Counted from the first letter of the whole stretch, positions 36,301 through 48,537 are shown. The stretch: 63,668 nt of DNA, filler included, from Atractiella rhizophila (GCA_021432655.1; 7 parts of 6 records of this genome joined end to end with filler, not necessarily neighbours in it); one strand, 5' to 3'. Numbers and translations are program-made. Notes: generated from the letters alone by a model not told the origin.

Positions 36301-36427
36301 CCTTACAGCATTATCGGCGTAACAGTAACGAGGTTTTATGGTTTATTTCCGCTTAACCTAAACAAGACGTACGCTTCATAGTAAGCCATGCAGTTGAAAC
36401 GCAGCTATAACTCGATTCAACGTAAGC
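33340..36427 (-). CDS. AT-hook plus six C2H2/C2HC zinc-finger protein; 5' exons lie in the mirror-reversed segment; both ends approximate
   Basis: Normal minus-strand exons give CPIC...LYRHQRTHH, CTGC...QRH...C and CLCC...NSH...C. The plain complement of 35652-36427 gives RKRRGRPP, CHLC...RKHIRITH, CSAC...RKH and WICSACEVSF, which splices onto ELEDEYEQH. Confidence 0.88.
34101..36427. other. Segment reversed but not complemented (probable gap-filling artefact)
   Basis: Its complement, read left to right, has phase-consistent GT-AG introns and joins seamlessly to the minus strand at 34100. It abuts the N gap 36428-36519. Confidence 0.93.
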
Positions 36428-37151
36428 NNNNNNNNNNNNNNNNNNNNNNNNNNNNNNNNNNNNNNNNNNNNNNNNNNNNNNNNNNNNNNNNNNNNNNNNN
36501 NNNNNNNNNNNNNNNNNNNCAGACTAAATTCCAAGGCCATTGATTCAGATAGATTCGAAACAAGGTCGATATATCCAGATATATCCCTGGACAGATCGAG
36601 ATGGACGAAGCGAGACTTCTCGGGAGAAAGGTAAGATTGAGTCAGAGATTACCGCAAGACTACAGGATAGTCTTTCTCCAGTCGGAGGCAACTCCCGCTT
36701 CTTCCCGTCTATCTGGAACAAATATAACATCTCTTCCTCTTTCGTCCTGCCCTTTGTCTGTGTTAAGAAGACCTTACCTTTATCCTGAGAACGAGTGGCT
36801 GATAACCCTAACGCAATCCCAATGTTGGGATTTTCGACCGCTCGATTCAACTGACAACATTCATGATTTTGGACAACTCAACGTTCCTCAACCACGTTCA
36901 ATATTACTGAATTGTGCCTATCAAGCGCACAAGTTCAGTCGGAGGTACATCACGCAAAGGGCCAGAGATTTCTCATCATAATTGCGCGCAATTTGTGAGG
37001 GACAAGGTCGAAACAGAGCCACAAGGACGAAAATTGTTGACGTGAATATGTCAACCAGATCCGCTAACCAGGACGCATTCGACTCGGAAAACAGCAAACC
37101 ATCATCACCGGATCACCTCTCGCATTCTCTTTCTCTCGCGCCTCAAAAGAC

Positions 37152-38237
37152 ATGGCCCATCCGTCCGTCATCCCGGATCCTCCCACCGACTTTGCGACTC
37201 CCTCAACTTCTTCCAAGGACCCTTTTCCTCCCGCGCTCGCACCGGTTGGAAAGGGATTGCCAGAAAACGATAGGCTCATGGCTCCTGTGACTAAGGTACG
37301 TACTCTCAATCTGCTGCTTTGCTCCTCTCGTTGATGATATCATGATCAACATCGACAGTTCATTCGCTCTTCCTCCCCGAAGAGGAATCCATCCTTCTTC
37401 AGGGTGCTTCGGTACATGCTCACCTCTCCAGTGGGCAGAGAGCCATTACTGGTTGGTTCTTCCTTCGAGGCTTCTCTCGAGCATGGTGATGACCAAAGTG
37501 TGATGGATCCAGCGATTCATCCAGTACACTCTGCGTTTCTACGTCTTCGTCCTTCTCTCCTCCTCTTCTTCCTCCGCCCAATCTCAAGGAACGGTGGCAA
37601 GGCACTCTACGCTCCGACTACTCCTCCTCGTCTCGCTCCTCTCCACCTTCCGCAAATTCCTTTCCTTCTCCCTCTTCTCTCCATCCTCTCCGCCTCCAAA
37701 GACGCCTCCGTCCACTACCGTCACCACAGATGCCTACTTCCCCACCTCAGGCACGGGAAGGAACCGTTCACAGAGTCTAGAGTCGATCGCGCAACAATCG
37801 GAGCGTCTACAGAAGAGACTAAGGCTGAAAGCATCTCTCGAATCCATGGGAGGATGCAGCGCCTCCCTGCTCTCCATCATCGAAGACCTCTCTCTAGTCC
37901 TCCGCCTTGCTCTCCTCCTAACCTCTTCCCTCCCTACCACCCTCGTCAATGGCACCCCGGCACCCAAGCCGCGATCGTTAGCACTGTCAGGGAAGTTAGC
38001 GGACGCGATGTTGTGCGGGAGCGCGTTCAGTAGTTTCTTCTTGACCCTGATGGAAATCCAAGAGCTGGATTGGTTCGTGGGACGAATGAAGAGGCGGATA
38101 GGGACTATAGAAGGTTATGCACTCGTCGATCCAGTCACTGGACAATATCGCCCTCTCCCGAAAGGACTCTCGCAACCCAACACGCCTGCACCCAGACCCA
38201 TCTTCGATTATAACGCCGCGGTCTTCTCCTCCGCTTC
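37152..38237 (+). CDS. PEX11/PEX25-like peroxisomal membrane protein, 3'-truncated
   Basis: Spliced LTSPVGREPLL..IQYTLR resembles the Pex11 GRDKxxRxxQY motif; helical hydrophobic body. Confidence 0.5.
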
Positions 38238-40307
38238 NNNNNNNNNNNNNNNNNNNNNNNNNNNNNNNNNNNNNNNNNNNNTTAATTAATTAANNNNNNN
38301 NNNNNNNNNNNNNNNNNNNNNNNNNNNNNNNNNNNNNTAGATTTCAGAAGGGACACGCCTCTTCCTGGAAGGTTTGGCGCTACTGCGTACGTCCCTCTGA
38401 ACAGATTCAATCCGTCCTCGCTACAGCTACACTATCAAAACGCGGGATCCATTCGCGGAAGCTCCCAATTCTACATGTCTCGATCAAGGACGTTAAGTCA
38501 GTTGCAGCTCACCGTCCCCGAAGAAGTGTCGGGCTCTATGTGCCGACAGTTACGTTGGCGCGAGTGATCTGGCAACGCGCGCCGCACTCAAAACGTTAGG
38601 GGAGCTGCTCGTCATCGTTTCAACTCATTACATTGCATACAGTAATTTGACCGGGAAGTCTGACCTTGCTCCTGCTCGTGAGCTCGTGATAAACAAGTTG
38701 AAGATGTTGAATACTAGTACGCTGTTCTTGTTAGGGCAACGTGATGTACAGGTACACCAACTGTTCCTGATTTATCTTTCTTATGCACTTACTTACCTTA
38801 GCCGCGGCTTTCTTCCTGCAATCAGTTGACCAGGCTGGCGACGACCGCGCCAGTTCGCGTCTTCTTTCAGTTACGCCGTGCAAAGTTGCGAAGACCGCGT
38901 TATTCGAAAGTTGAAAAGATACCCTCGAGTCTTGCTTTGAGCATTCGTTCGTCCACACGCGGGGTGGCAGCATTGTGGGATTGGGATTGCAACGTGACAG
39001 CTTGTAACCGCTTATGAGCTCGCTTTGAGGATCTGACCTCCTGACGAACAGAACAACGCAGGAGGACAGCTTGCCAGTGCATGTCACTTTGTGTACATTG
39101 TGGGACATCGATCAATTCAATGTGCTCAACCGCAAAGCGCAAAGTGTGCTCATTTCTGTCTCTTCCAATGTTACTGTATTTACCCGCCGGTCCTGGATCG
39201 CACGACGCGTGTATCTTCGCCTTTTCATCTGTCAGCTGAACTCGTTGATTGTCGACACGCGCAACTCCCTTTCTCCGAAACGAGCTGAGACGAGTTGCTT
39301 TTCTGAAGCTATCACGGAGTCAGCTTGGCGGTAGCACGAGACTCTATGTAGCCTGTTGACACTTTTACCGTCCCCGTCCACAGACAATTAATCGATTGAT
39401 CGATTACCAAGTACGGCGACCGGGAGAGCTAATGACAAACCTCTCGTTTCACCAGCCACCAGATCACCAGAGGCTCATACCCGGACGTTCCACGAGCTCG
39501 TCCAAGAAAAGCACGAAAACAGTAGTGTGCTTCTCTCCAGGTCTCCGACGGGGATCTAAAGTGAGAGGATGATTAGAGGCGTTTGCCCTGGTATGCTAGC
39601 GGCGACCGTGAAGGCTGTTGTGTTGCTGTTCTAGCGCTGAGCGAGGTAGACGGCCGAAGAACATACAAAGTAGGGATCGCCTCATTGGGCGTCCATTTCG
39701 AGAGATTTCCCTGATTTCCATGGCAAACTCATGGAGATGCTACCGAGATCAGGAGTGTACGGGAGTACCGCTGGTAGTAGTCCTCCGAGTCCGATCCTCA
39801 ATTCTCCTCGATTCGCCAGCTCGATTCGCTGAGTGTCGTATCCTCTCGAAGTATGAGACAAAGTACATTCGTACAGAGTGCGATTGCTGAGGCAACTTTC
39901 AAGTTCCCAAGGTTGTGGATGCATGTGTCCACTGTTCTTTTCCATGACAAGGCTTGATTGGGATTTGTTCGTCAATGTACGAAACACAGCTGCCAATAGA
40001 AGTGAGTCACCTCCGCGCCTGGAGACGTTTTTACGCTTGGTGGCATGCAGCACGACTCAAAGCCGCTGCTCCGACTGCATTCTTATCTCCCGAGCGATAC
40101 ACTTCGGCTTATTTCTCAATAGGTGCGTCTTAGAACTGGTGCCCGTTGCGCGAACGCTTCGCGGAGTTCGTTGCCTTGACTTGGCCCGTTCTTATAAAAG
40201 GTTCTCGCTCTCTTTCGTCCCTCCCCCAGTTTCTATCCAACCATCACTGTACTTCCATACCCACATTGCCAAACCACAAAGGACACTTTCACCTTCTATA
40301 CAGAGCC

Positions 40308-41261
40308 ATGGCCATCAGTAATAGCAACAACGACGCAAAATACTACGGACGTAAAGGTGCGTTCATTCAACTTTATTCATCGGTTGAGGCTCTTACAAAT
40401 GAGAACGGATTAGACATCTGCCTGCTCTGCGAACACACCGTCCATAGCTTGTTCCCCCTCCCTGCGAAAGTAGCCAAGCAAATCGCTCGTGCAACATCTT
40501 CCTCCGTCATAGGTGACTCGCCGCCAACCATCGGAGAATGGCTTGTAAGTCTCCAGTTGTTGTGATCAAGCTGGATGCTGACCTTTCTTGGAAAGGCTTA
40601 CTTCTTCTATCGAACCGCCCTCCCTCAAACAACCGTCTTCCACGCTCTTCACCTTCGTACGTTTGCGGTGTGGAAAATGAGATCGAGCTGACTGCCTCTC
40701 CGTGGTGATTAGTGAACCGTTTATCGGCTGTTTACTCCTTCTCCTCAGCAGAGATGGATGCGCCGCTAGCTCGATTGGTTCATCACCGGCTAATTTTCAC
40801 TGCCTTGCTCTTGGCCACCAAGTATAGCATGGACGACAGCTACTCAAATCGATCCTTCGCTATCGCATCCAAGTCTCTCTTCACTCTACGTGAAGTTAAC
40901 GAGATGGAGATGGAGATGATGAGCTCGTTAGATTGGACTCTGGTATGTCTACTTTTGTTCATCTTTCCCCCCGATAGTAACCTTGGGAATGTAGGGCTCT
41001 CCTGATCTGAAAGAGATCGTCGAAAGCTACATTGCGGAGTGGGAGGAGAAACTGATGCGGGATCGCAAGGCAGATTCACTTCATCGACAAGCCGCCAAAC
41101 TCGCTTCCTTACCCTCACGTTCGCATCACTCGAATCCGAATCCTAACTCGCATTCGAACCATCCTTCCTCCTTCAAGCGAAAGCGGTCGGGGAGCATTCT
41201 CCAGGCTTCTACGAGGCAGATTGAGTCGTTGGAGAGGCGCGGCCTCTGGGTCACGTCGTGA
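40308..41261 (+). CDS. Pcl/Pho80-type cyclin
   Basis: YRTALP..VFHAL, HRLIFTALLLATKYSMDDSYSNRSF, EVNEMEMEMMSSLDWTL; multi-exon. Confidence 0.88.
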
Positions 41262-41675
41262 AGAAACCTTTAGGTCGTAGTCTTGTTGGAATTGGTATTC
41301 ATTTGGATTTTGGGCAATTTTCGTCGTCACTCGTTTTCAAAATCGATTCCGTCGCATCATCGCATCTAGTCTGCTGCTTCACGTTTGTACGCTGGATTCA
41401 GACTAATACCCTTTTATTATCATTACCCTTCCGGTGCATACACATTTCATTCCTTGGGACATTCAATGGACTCTTCTGTGCACAATGGACACTTCATTCA
41501 TTCGCATTTGTTTGTATCACTCTTGACGAGTTCTTACTTGCTCAAAATCCTCACCGTATATCGATAATGTGAAATAAATACCGCTCCTGTTGTACAACAT
41601 CTGAGTTGCATTCACTTTAGTCCCGAATGAAGATCGTAATTTACACAATGACGAGTTTGCATACACATTCACAAA

Positions 41676-42197
41676 TCAACATGATTTCGAACCGTATTTT
41701 GACTCCTCCGAGTCGCTATCGCAGCCTTTCAGAAAGGCAATCGTCCACTCCCTCTTTGCACCCTTGCCTCTCTCAAACCCCATGGTTCGGAACGACGCAA
41801 AACTTGGTGACACCTTCCCGACAGCCTTCTCCTTCTCGGTCTTTATGCGTCCTTCTATCGACTTCCACTCCACTTCATACTTCTCCAATAACCGTCCCAG
41901 ATCCTCACCTTCCAAACGTAAGCGCCAATTGAGGGCTTGCAGCAGCTCCAGTTGCATCCCGTCGATTTGGGGAATGGTCCAAAACGACATTGAAGCTTCG
42001 CGCCATGAACGGGAAGAGAAAGAATTATCTTTCAGGTAGCTTGTTGAGAGGATAAGAGCGGAGAGGAGGAGTCGATGGTGGAAAAGAGGAGGAGGGCCGC
42101 CTTGCTTCGCATGATGTGATCGAGAAAGGCGCAGGAGGAGATGGATGGCGAAGAAGACGTAGGAGTTCGGTATAGATGTGCGATATAGTAAATGTGA
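41676..42197 (-). CDS. Second Pcl-type cyclin (last exon; 5'-truncated)
   Basis: YRTSIP, HHRLLLSALILSTSYLKDNSFSSRSW, IDGMQLELLQALNWRL. Confidence 0.82.
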   Translation of the reverse strand, partial: SHLLYRTSIPNSYVFFAIHLLLRLSRSHHAKQGGPPPLFHHRLLLSALILSTSYLKDNSFSSRSWREASMSFWTIPQIDGMQLELLQALNWRLRLEGEDLGRLLEKYEVEWKSIEGRIKTEKEKAVGKVSPSFASFRTMGFERGKGAKREWTIAFLKGCDSDSEESKYGSKSC

Positions 42198-42307
42198 CTA
42201 CAGTCGGNNNNNNNNNNNNNNNNNNNNNNNNNNNNNNNNNNNNNNNNNNNNTTAATTAATTAANNNNNNNNNNNNNNNNNNNNNNNNNNNNNNNNNNNNN
42301 NNNNNNN

Positions 42308-43123
42308 GAATATACTGGTTTGTTTCTTTCTTTCCATTTATCTCGCGATAGACTGCGGTACAGGTCCGTGGACACGCTTTACTACTTCCTTACCAATCGC
42401 AGCGGATTCCAACAATACCGATCTTGCGTTCACATTTAGGACGTGTGTCTTGTCCTCCATCCATCGTGGACCTTTGTAACATTAGAGCTACAGACCAAAC
42501 GCGTTTCTCCGCCTCGATGATGTCCGAGTTTACAAAAGCGACAAACCTGTAACTCCCCCTCTCAATCCCATCGATAACAATCTGTCCAAAAAGTCTTCAA
42601 ACGCTGGCCCTATCGCTGGCGGTGTTATTGGAGGATTGACTGCTGTAGCTCTCATCGTCGCTGGGGCTTTCTTTTACCGGAAGTATCAAAGGAAGCAGGA
42701 GTTACAAAGGAGAAGGATGGAAGCGAGCATAATGGCACAGGAGTTCGAGAAGTTTGCTAGTATGTCTGTCCTGACACAACTGCTGGGAAGAGCTCATATT
42801 TGGGCTCAGCAGGAAACGATGGTAGCACTGTTGCTGGTTCTCCATCACCGTTCCCTTCCGTAACGGAGCACGTCAGCAACACTCCTTACGGTGCGACCCG
42901 GTCGGATACTTCGAGTGTCCCACGATTCAACATGGTTCCAGAGCTTCAAACCACAAGTCCTCGACCTCCGACTGGGATGAGCGTCAGCAATCCGCATTTC
43001 CCGGATACATATAGCCAGTGGGATCACACCCCTCAGTCCTTTACGTCTGCAGCCATCTCGGGAACGAATTACGATCAAACGCAACCAGACTCTTACAGTC
43101 ATTGGGCACATGGAGCAAGATGA
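42308..43123 (+). CDS. 3' part of a single-pass cell-surface protein (Mid2-like transmembrane motif)
   Basis: NAGPIAGGVIGGLTAVALIVAGAFFYRK followed by a basic stop-transfer and a spliced Ser/Pro-rich tail. Confidence 0.75.
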
Positions 43124-43697
43124 GGAAGAGAGGATCGTTAGATAGAAGAATTCCTTCCTTGATGTTAAGCTCCATCTCGATTGATGAATGCGTTTGATAA
43201 TTGCTTTTTGTGAACTCGTGTATACACTGTTTCTGCCCAAGTTCATCGAAGTGTCGATTCTTACCGATGCATGCACTAGTTGACTTGTTTCGGTACTGAG
43301 CAATCGCACTCAAATCCGTTGATTGTAACTGTCAATTCAGCGGAATCATAGTCTTGACTGTCTTTCGATCTTCTCTAGGTAATATATTCATATACTTTAG
43401 TCCAGGGCTGATTGGCTTGCTAATCCAATTGCATGCAAACGAAGTTGCTTCTTCAATTCTTTACAAACCAACGTAAGACGTTGAGTCTGATGTCTGGGTA
43501 TATTACTGCTCCAGCAAAGACTGTGTGTCCCAGTGAGTAACAAAATATTAGATCCTGCTTTACTAAAACCTGCAAAGTCGCTGCTACCTGTATTCACGCA
43601 GCCAGCGGACAACAATGAGGGGGGGTCAAGATAAGCGAATTTCTGCGAAGACTTTATCATAAGAATACCGTTCTGAGTTCGAGCAAAATCAGTGCAG
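43047..43697 (+). repeat. 651-bp direct repeat, near-identical to 50007-50657
   Basis: Both run ctgcagccatctcggg...gagcaaaatcagtgcag with very few substitutions. Confidence 0.95.
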
Positions 43698-43933
43698 TAT
43701 TTATGCCTTCATATCAGTAAATGAAGGCCGTGCTTCCGACTCCACTATAAGTCCGTTCCTTCTTCCACTGCTGATGAGTTGAACGATAACGGTTAACCGC
43801 AGTTTCTTTGAGGTTCATTCTGACGATCCAGTTGCAACTCCCCATGGCCTCTGCGGCACTTTTGATTTCAGCGCCTATCAGCAGGAACAATATAATTACA
43901 TGGTACATGTAGTTACTTTGATCCCTTTCTGTT

Positions 43934-46184
43934 CTATCGTATGTGACCCCGGTATGAAGTTACCTTTTGCAAGATTTGATCCAACATTGACATGTCGTGC
44001 TCCGCCTTAATCAGCGCACCATCCACAGCCCCCTCTGGTCGCGACATAACTGTCCTATTCACGTTCATCGGATACTTCACCTCCCCAATCTTTCCCGCCC
44101 AATCACAAATCCACCAGCATCACCCTAACTGGATCAGATTGGGATACCAAGAGGTTCACATCGCGGACATCGCCATGCACTAAGCCCCGCTGATGCAACT
44201 CGTCAAGAATTCCGTTGATTCCATCCAGAACCGTAGGGATGCCGTCCTGATGTCGAATCGATGGTTCCTCTTCCAATCCATCACCACCATAAACCAACCC
44301 CGGCAATCTTTTCGAAACCACGAAGCGCTGGTGCGAACCCTTTCTCGGCGCATATTTCGTGAGCCTGCTTCGAATATCTTCGAACGGATTTCACACACAG
44401 TCGCATTCCTTTTTCTTGCTGTTCGCAGAAAAACAGAAGCTTTTCCCCGAAAGGTTGTCGCTCGTACTCGAAAGTTTGTGAAGTACCGTCCTTCAAACTA
44501 GTGAAACTCCTAGGATACTGGAATATTTGCGATTGCCATCCGGTGATCCTGATAAGTCTCTCTTGTGACTCTGGTTCAGGCTTCAGGTTCTGGTAGTATT
44601 CTTCGAGAGACGCCACCGCCTTCTTCAGTGCACCAAGATGACGAGCTACCTTTCGCCGGGTATCCTCGTCCGTCAAGTGGTAATGCAGAGGCAGACAAAC
44701 CGACAGTGTCTCCATTGGAGGACGTAAATCCCACGCAGCCCCAGCGAACGCGATGTATGGCCTACCCGCATCACAGCATTCCTAAGTCGCCTTGCAAGAG
44801 GAAAGTATTATACTTACCAATACAAATATCAGTATGCACGGTAATGGCGAGTGCTCGAACACGGTCGCCTGGTCCCTAGTTGAATCGAAGTAATACAATC
44901 CTGCCTGAGCGAAAGGGTCTGCCCCTTTACTACTGATTTCGTTTTTGAACTCCATAATGGCACATCGATGCTTCCCTACAAGTTTGTCTCCATCTCTCAG
45001 GAACTCGCCAGGTGTGTGGGATACCACCATTTTACACCCCATTCCGCAAACAACTCCATCACCGCGGCCGCTCGCGTAACTTCGAGAGGGTAGAAATCTG
45101 ACATCGTCGATGATAGCTCCATCACAAAGGCATTGTCAGCGGCCGTAATTTTCACAGTCGTCCAAGAAGCGGCCGAATACAGGATGGAGCAATGTTGTTG
45201 GATTCGTCGTCGTCGCCGAACGAGGTCGGTTGCCGAAGATTTGGTGCTTTATGGCAGATTGTCGCTTTGCAAACGCACTTGACTCGGCTCCTATAGATGG
45301 TGCAATTCTCACGTTATCTTCCAAGAAGCGGTGACGCCGTGCCCTGATACGTTGTTGCTCAGCTGACTGAGGAATTGCTGGAGGTTGAGATCGCAATGGT
45401 GCTAACCGAACGATTCAGGGAGGGCCAAAGATGAGAACGAGTTCCGAGTGGTGACTTACCAGAGGCAGGGGCATCGACAACGACATGGACGTGGTGTGGA
45501 TTTAGTGACTGCACGAAAATTTCGGAGAGCAGATCGGTGGAAAACCGCAACGGCTTGTCATGACTGGCACCCTTCAGTTTCTCTTTCAGGTTTTCGTCAT
45601 TGAGAAAATAGACTTGGTGAAGAGCTAGCAGTTCGGCGTGGATACCCGAGAAATAATGTGGGGTGTGTCTCTTAAATAGCCTCTTTGAGCTGTCCAACAT
45701 TTCTGTTGGCAGAGATATGGATATTAAGCACATTGCCGACGTCGGTACCTAGAATCCAATAGTTGAGACCTGTGAGGAAGATGTCGATGAATAAAATATA
45801 GAGAAATGAGATCGCACGGATATTGAGTGATTTATTGATGACGATGGTTCCTTTCAGATCAAGCTCCGAGACGACCTTCGATAATTCGACTTGCCGTCCT
45901 AGTTTATCCTAGTTGCGCAAAGACATTGTAGTGAGATGTTTGTCGTCCGGCCGAGCGACTTTATACAGATCGAACGTTGTTGCTGACATGTCGCGAAGAC
46001 ACTCTGAGGTCTCGGTCTTGATAGCATGTTGGAGCTGTTCGACAGTTTTCCTGCTAGAGATATTGATGGTGAACACATTGCCGACGTAACCCAACATTTG
46101 AGTGCTGCAATGGTGGCGGTGAGAAAATGTTGGTGAATGAAGTAAAATCGTACAAATATTGGGTGACCAACGAGCTCTTTTTCT
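43934..46184 (-). pseudogene. Crinkler-type gene: two ubiquitin-like header domains, PD-(D/E)xK nuclease, kinase; frameshifted (pseudogene or sequence errors)
   Basis: VFTINISSRKTVEQLQHAIK, second header ending VHVVVDAP, EFKNEI...PFAQAGLYY, APAL, VHGDVRDVNLL, and DFDWAG split by an extra base. The ATG lies at the far end of the reversed block. Confidence 0.8.
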
Positions 46185-48512
46185 GGCTAGCCTCGTCATC
46201 GAACGCTTAAGGATGAACCCCGCTCTCACACCCGATACACCCTGGCAGTTTCCACCTAGTAGATAAAGAAGCCGTAGAAACGGTAGACACCGTCGCAGCA
46301 GCTCTAATATCGATAGGATGGGCTGGCTTCCAACCTCAACATGCAGCAGTAAAGGAAAAGGCAGGGTGGCGGTCGGCTGGATTTGAAGACTGTTTGTTTA
46401 CGTTGTCTGGGGGTCCTAACTTCCCTACATAACCCTGCCCTGTGGTGTCCCCTCTGTAATCAAGAAGGAGGGAGGTGAAACTATTGTGACGAATGCGAAA
46501 CGATGTCAATGGAAACCTGTATGACCATATAGCCGGGTAGGACCGTCATTAACAGCAAGTGCGAATTCGTCCGAGGGTGGTGAGGAGATGCTGTGGTGAC
46601 GTTGGTATAAACGGGAGTACAAGCAGACTAACAGTAGATTGTCCGTCGCAAAATTAGCCAAGACATCTGGCGACTATTCCGTAACCGCTTATAGTGGAGC
46701 CGGAGCAGGTGCGGACGAATGGTAAAAAGAAGCACTGCCTTACGATATGAAAAACCACCGTAGGTGAACATTGAATCAATTGCAGTAAATGAAGGACAAG
46801 CAGGAAAGGGAAGGCAGGGAGGAGAGGTTGTTACTGCAAACACCTGTACTTGTCGTACGGCTTTCAATGCTTATTTCGCGAGTTACGAGGTGAGTGGTAG
46901 CGGAAGTGCTGATACTACCGGAGTGCGTAGCAGGAGTTGGAAGCTAGACCGAGATTGGTCGGCTCATGTGCACTTCTTGACCAAAGCTTCTTCTGGCTGT
47001 TGAACTTACAATCGCTCCGTCGCTACAAATTGGTTGAGCAGTTGTTAAAAGTTAGGACGGTGACCATTGGTTTCATTAGCGCTTCTGAACCTTGCCTCAC
47101 ATGTCCACGCAATACCCGGCATACTCAGAGTTTCGTCTTCTCTCTGCAACCATGCTACCTCCTAGACCTTCTAATGCCTCTTTTCATAGCGGTTAGAAAT
47201 TGGACTACAATTCGCTTCTAAAGTCCATTCAATATGTACTTGAATAATTGGCAAGGGTTGAACGCATCCTTGTTCCTTTGTGCTTTATAGTATATTAAGA
47301 GTGTTCAGTACAAACACGCGTTTATGAATTAGTTCAGTAGCGGGTGCAAAAGCTTAACCTGTACTATTACCACCGGGAATTTCCCTCATCTTGTGTAAAA
47401 GCTTATTGCCGCTCTTGAACTTCAGCGTCGTCTGACTTAATAATGACAAAGTAGCACTACAGACGTCATAACAGGAAGATCATTATAGCACTACAAGTTC
47501 GAAGTCGAAGTTTTCGTGACACCCCAACTTAGATGTAGGCGGTAAAATACAAAGTAAGTTGGTTAGAGACATTGTAGTACAGTGGCTTTGACGTTTTGTT
47601 CTCACTGAAGACTGAGTCTTAAACCTTGCAAATACGACCTTTCGGGTGCTTCTATGCGGATACATTCCTATCTCGAGCGTGGCACTAAGTGCTTTATTGC
47701 GGTAAAGTACGTTCTACGATAGCTAGTTCAATGATACATCTTGGAGAGAGTAATGGGACAAGGAGAGTAACGACGTTACGGTGAGTCTCACGGTCAGTGT
47801 TAAACTACAACAACGGCACTAGTATAGTACACTAGTATAAACTCTAGTTTACTCGCGATGTACGAACCTCTTTGACTTTTACTAGTTTGCGCCTACCACA
47901 CGGAACATCTCATATGGCAGCCACCCTCACTTTTCCCTTTATGATTTCTTATCCGGGATAGTCAAGGGGAACATTACAATTTCATCGTTTTCGTATTATT
48001 ACAACTCCTCGTAGTCGTTTTGGTGGCCGAGATACTCGAGGTGGAACTGACTCTTGAGGTCGACTTAGGGCGGGAGTCGACGGGGGTGAAGGCACACGTG
48101 AGAACAGTATTAAAAAAGTTTCACGCATGCCATGGGCTATGTAGGTACTGTCTCCCAACGTCGTAATGACGGTTAGGCAATTGCTGTCTTTAAAAGTATA
48201 AAAATGGTATAAGGTGTCTTGCTTGATACTCGCGCTCGCGCCTGTTAGAGCTCGAACTTACAACCGAAATGCCGGTTCTGGGAAGGGTGTGGAAAGTCCA
48301 GTGCTAAAGCTTCTTCCTTGCCAATCGTCCTGAATTTTCCGAATAGGTGTCGGTCTTCGGTGCTGGGGAGGTGCTGCACCTTCGGCCTTACAACCTAGAG
48401 ATGTCTTAAAGAACGAGACTGCTCCTCCTCGAGTCACTTAGTCAAAACTTGTTGCACGGTTTTGACTGCCCTGCTGATTTTAATAACCGACTCGACAAAA
48501 GACTTATACTGG
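46185..48512. other. Second reversed-not-complemented segment; holds a mirror copy of 50657-52001 and the Crinkler upstream region
   Basis: 46187-47510 read backwards matches 50657-52001 closely. Reversal gives ATG ACC AGA AAA AGA at the junction. It abuts a 25-N gap. Confidence 0.95.
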
Positions 48513-48537
48513 NNNNNNNNNNNNNNNNNNNNNNNNN

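Noticed and set aside
36545..36850. SRP14-like gene (KGKVFLTQ)
   Set aside because: The similarity is short and overlaps a likely splice donor; other frames do not continue the family pattern.
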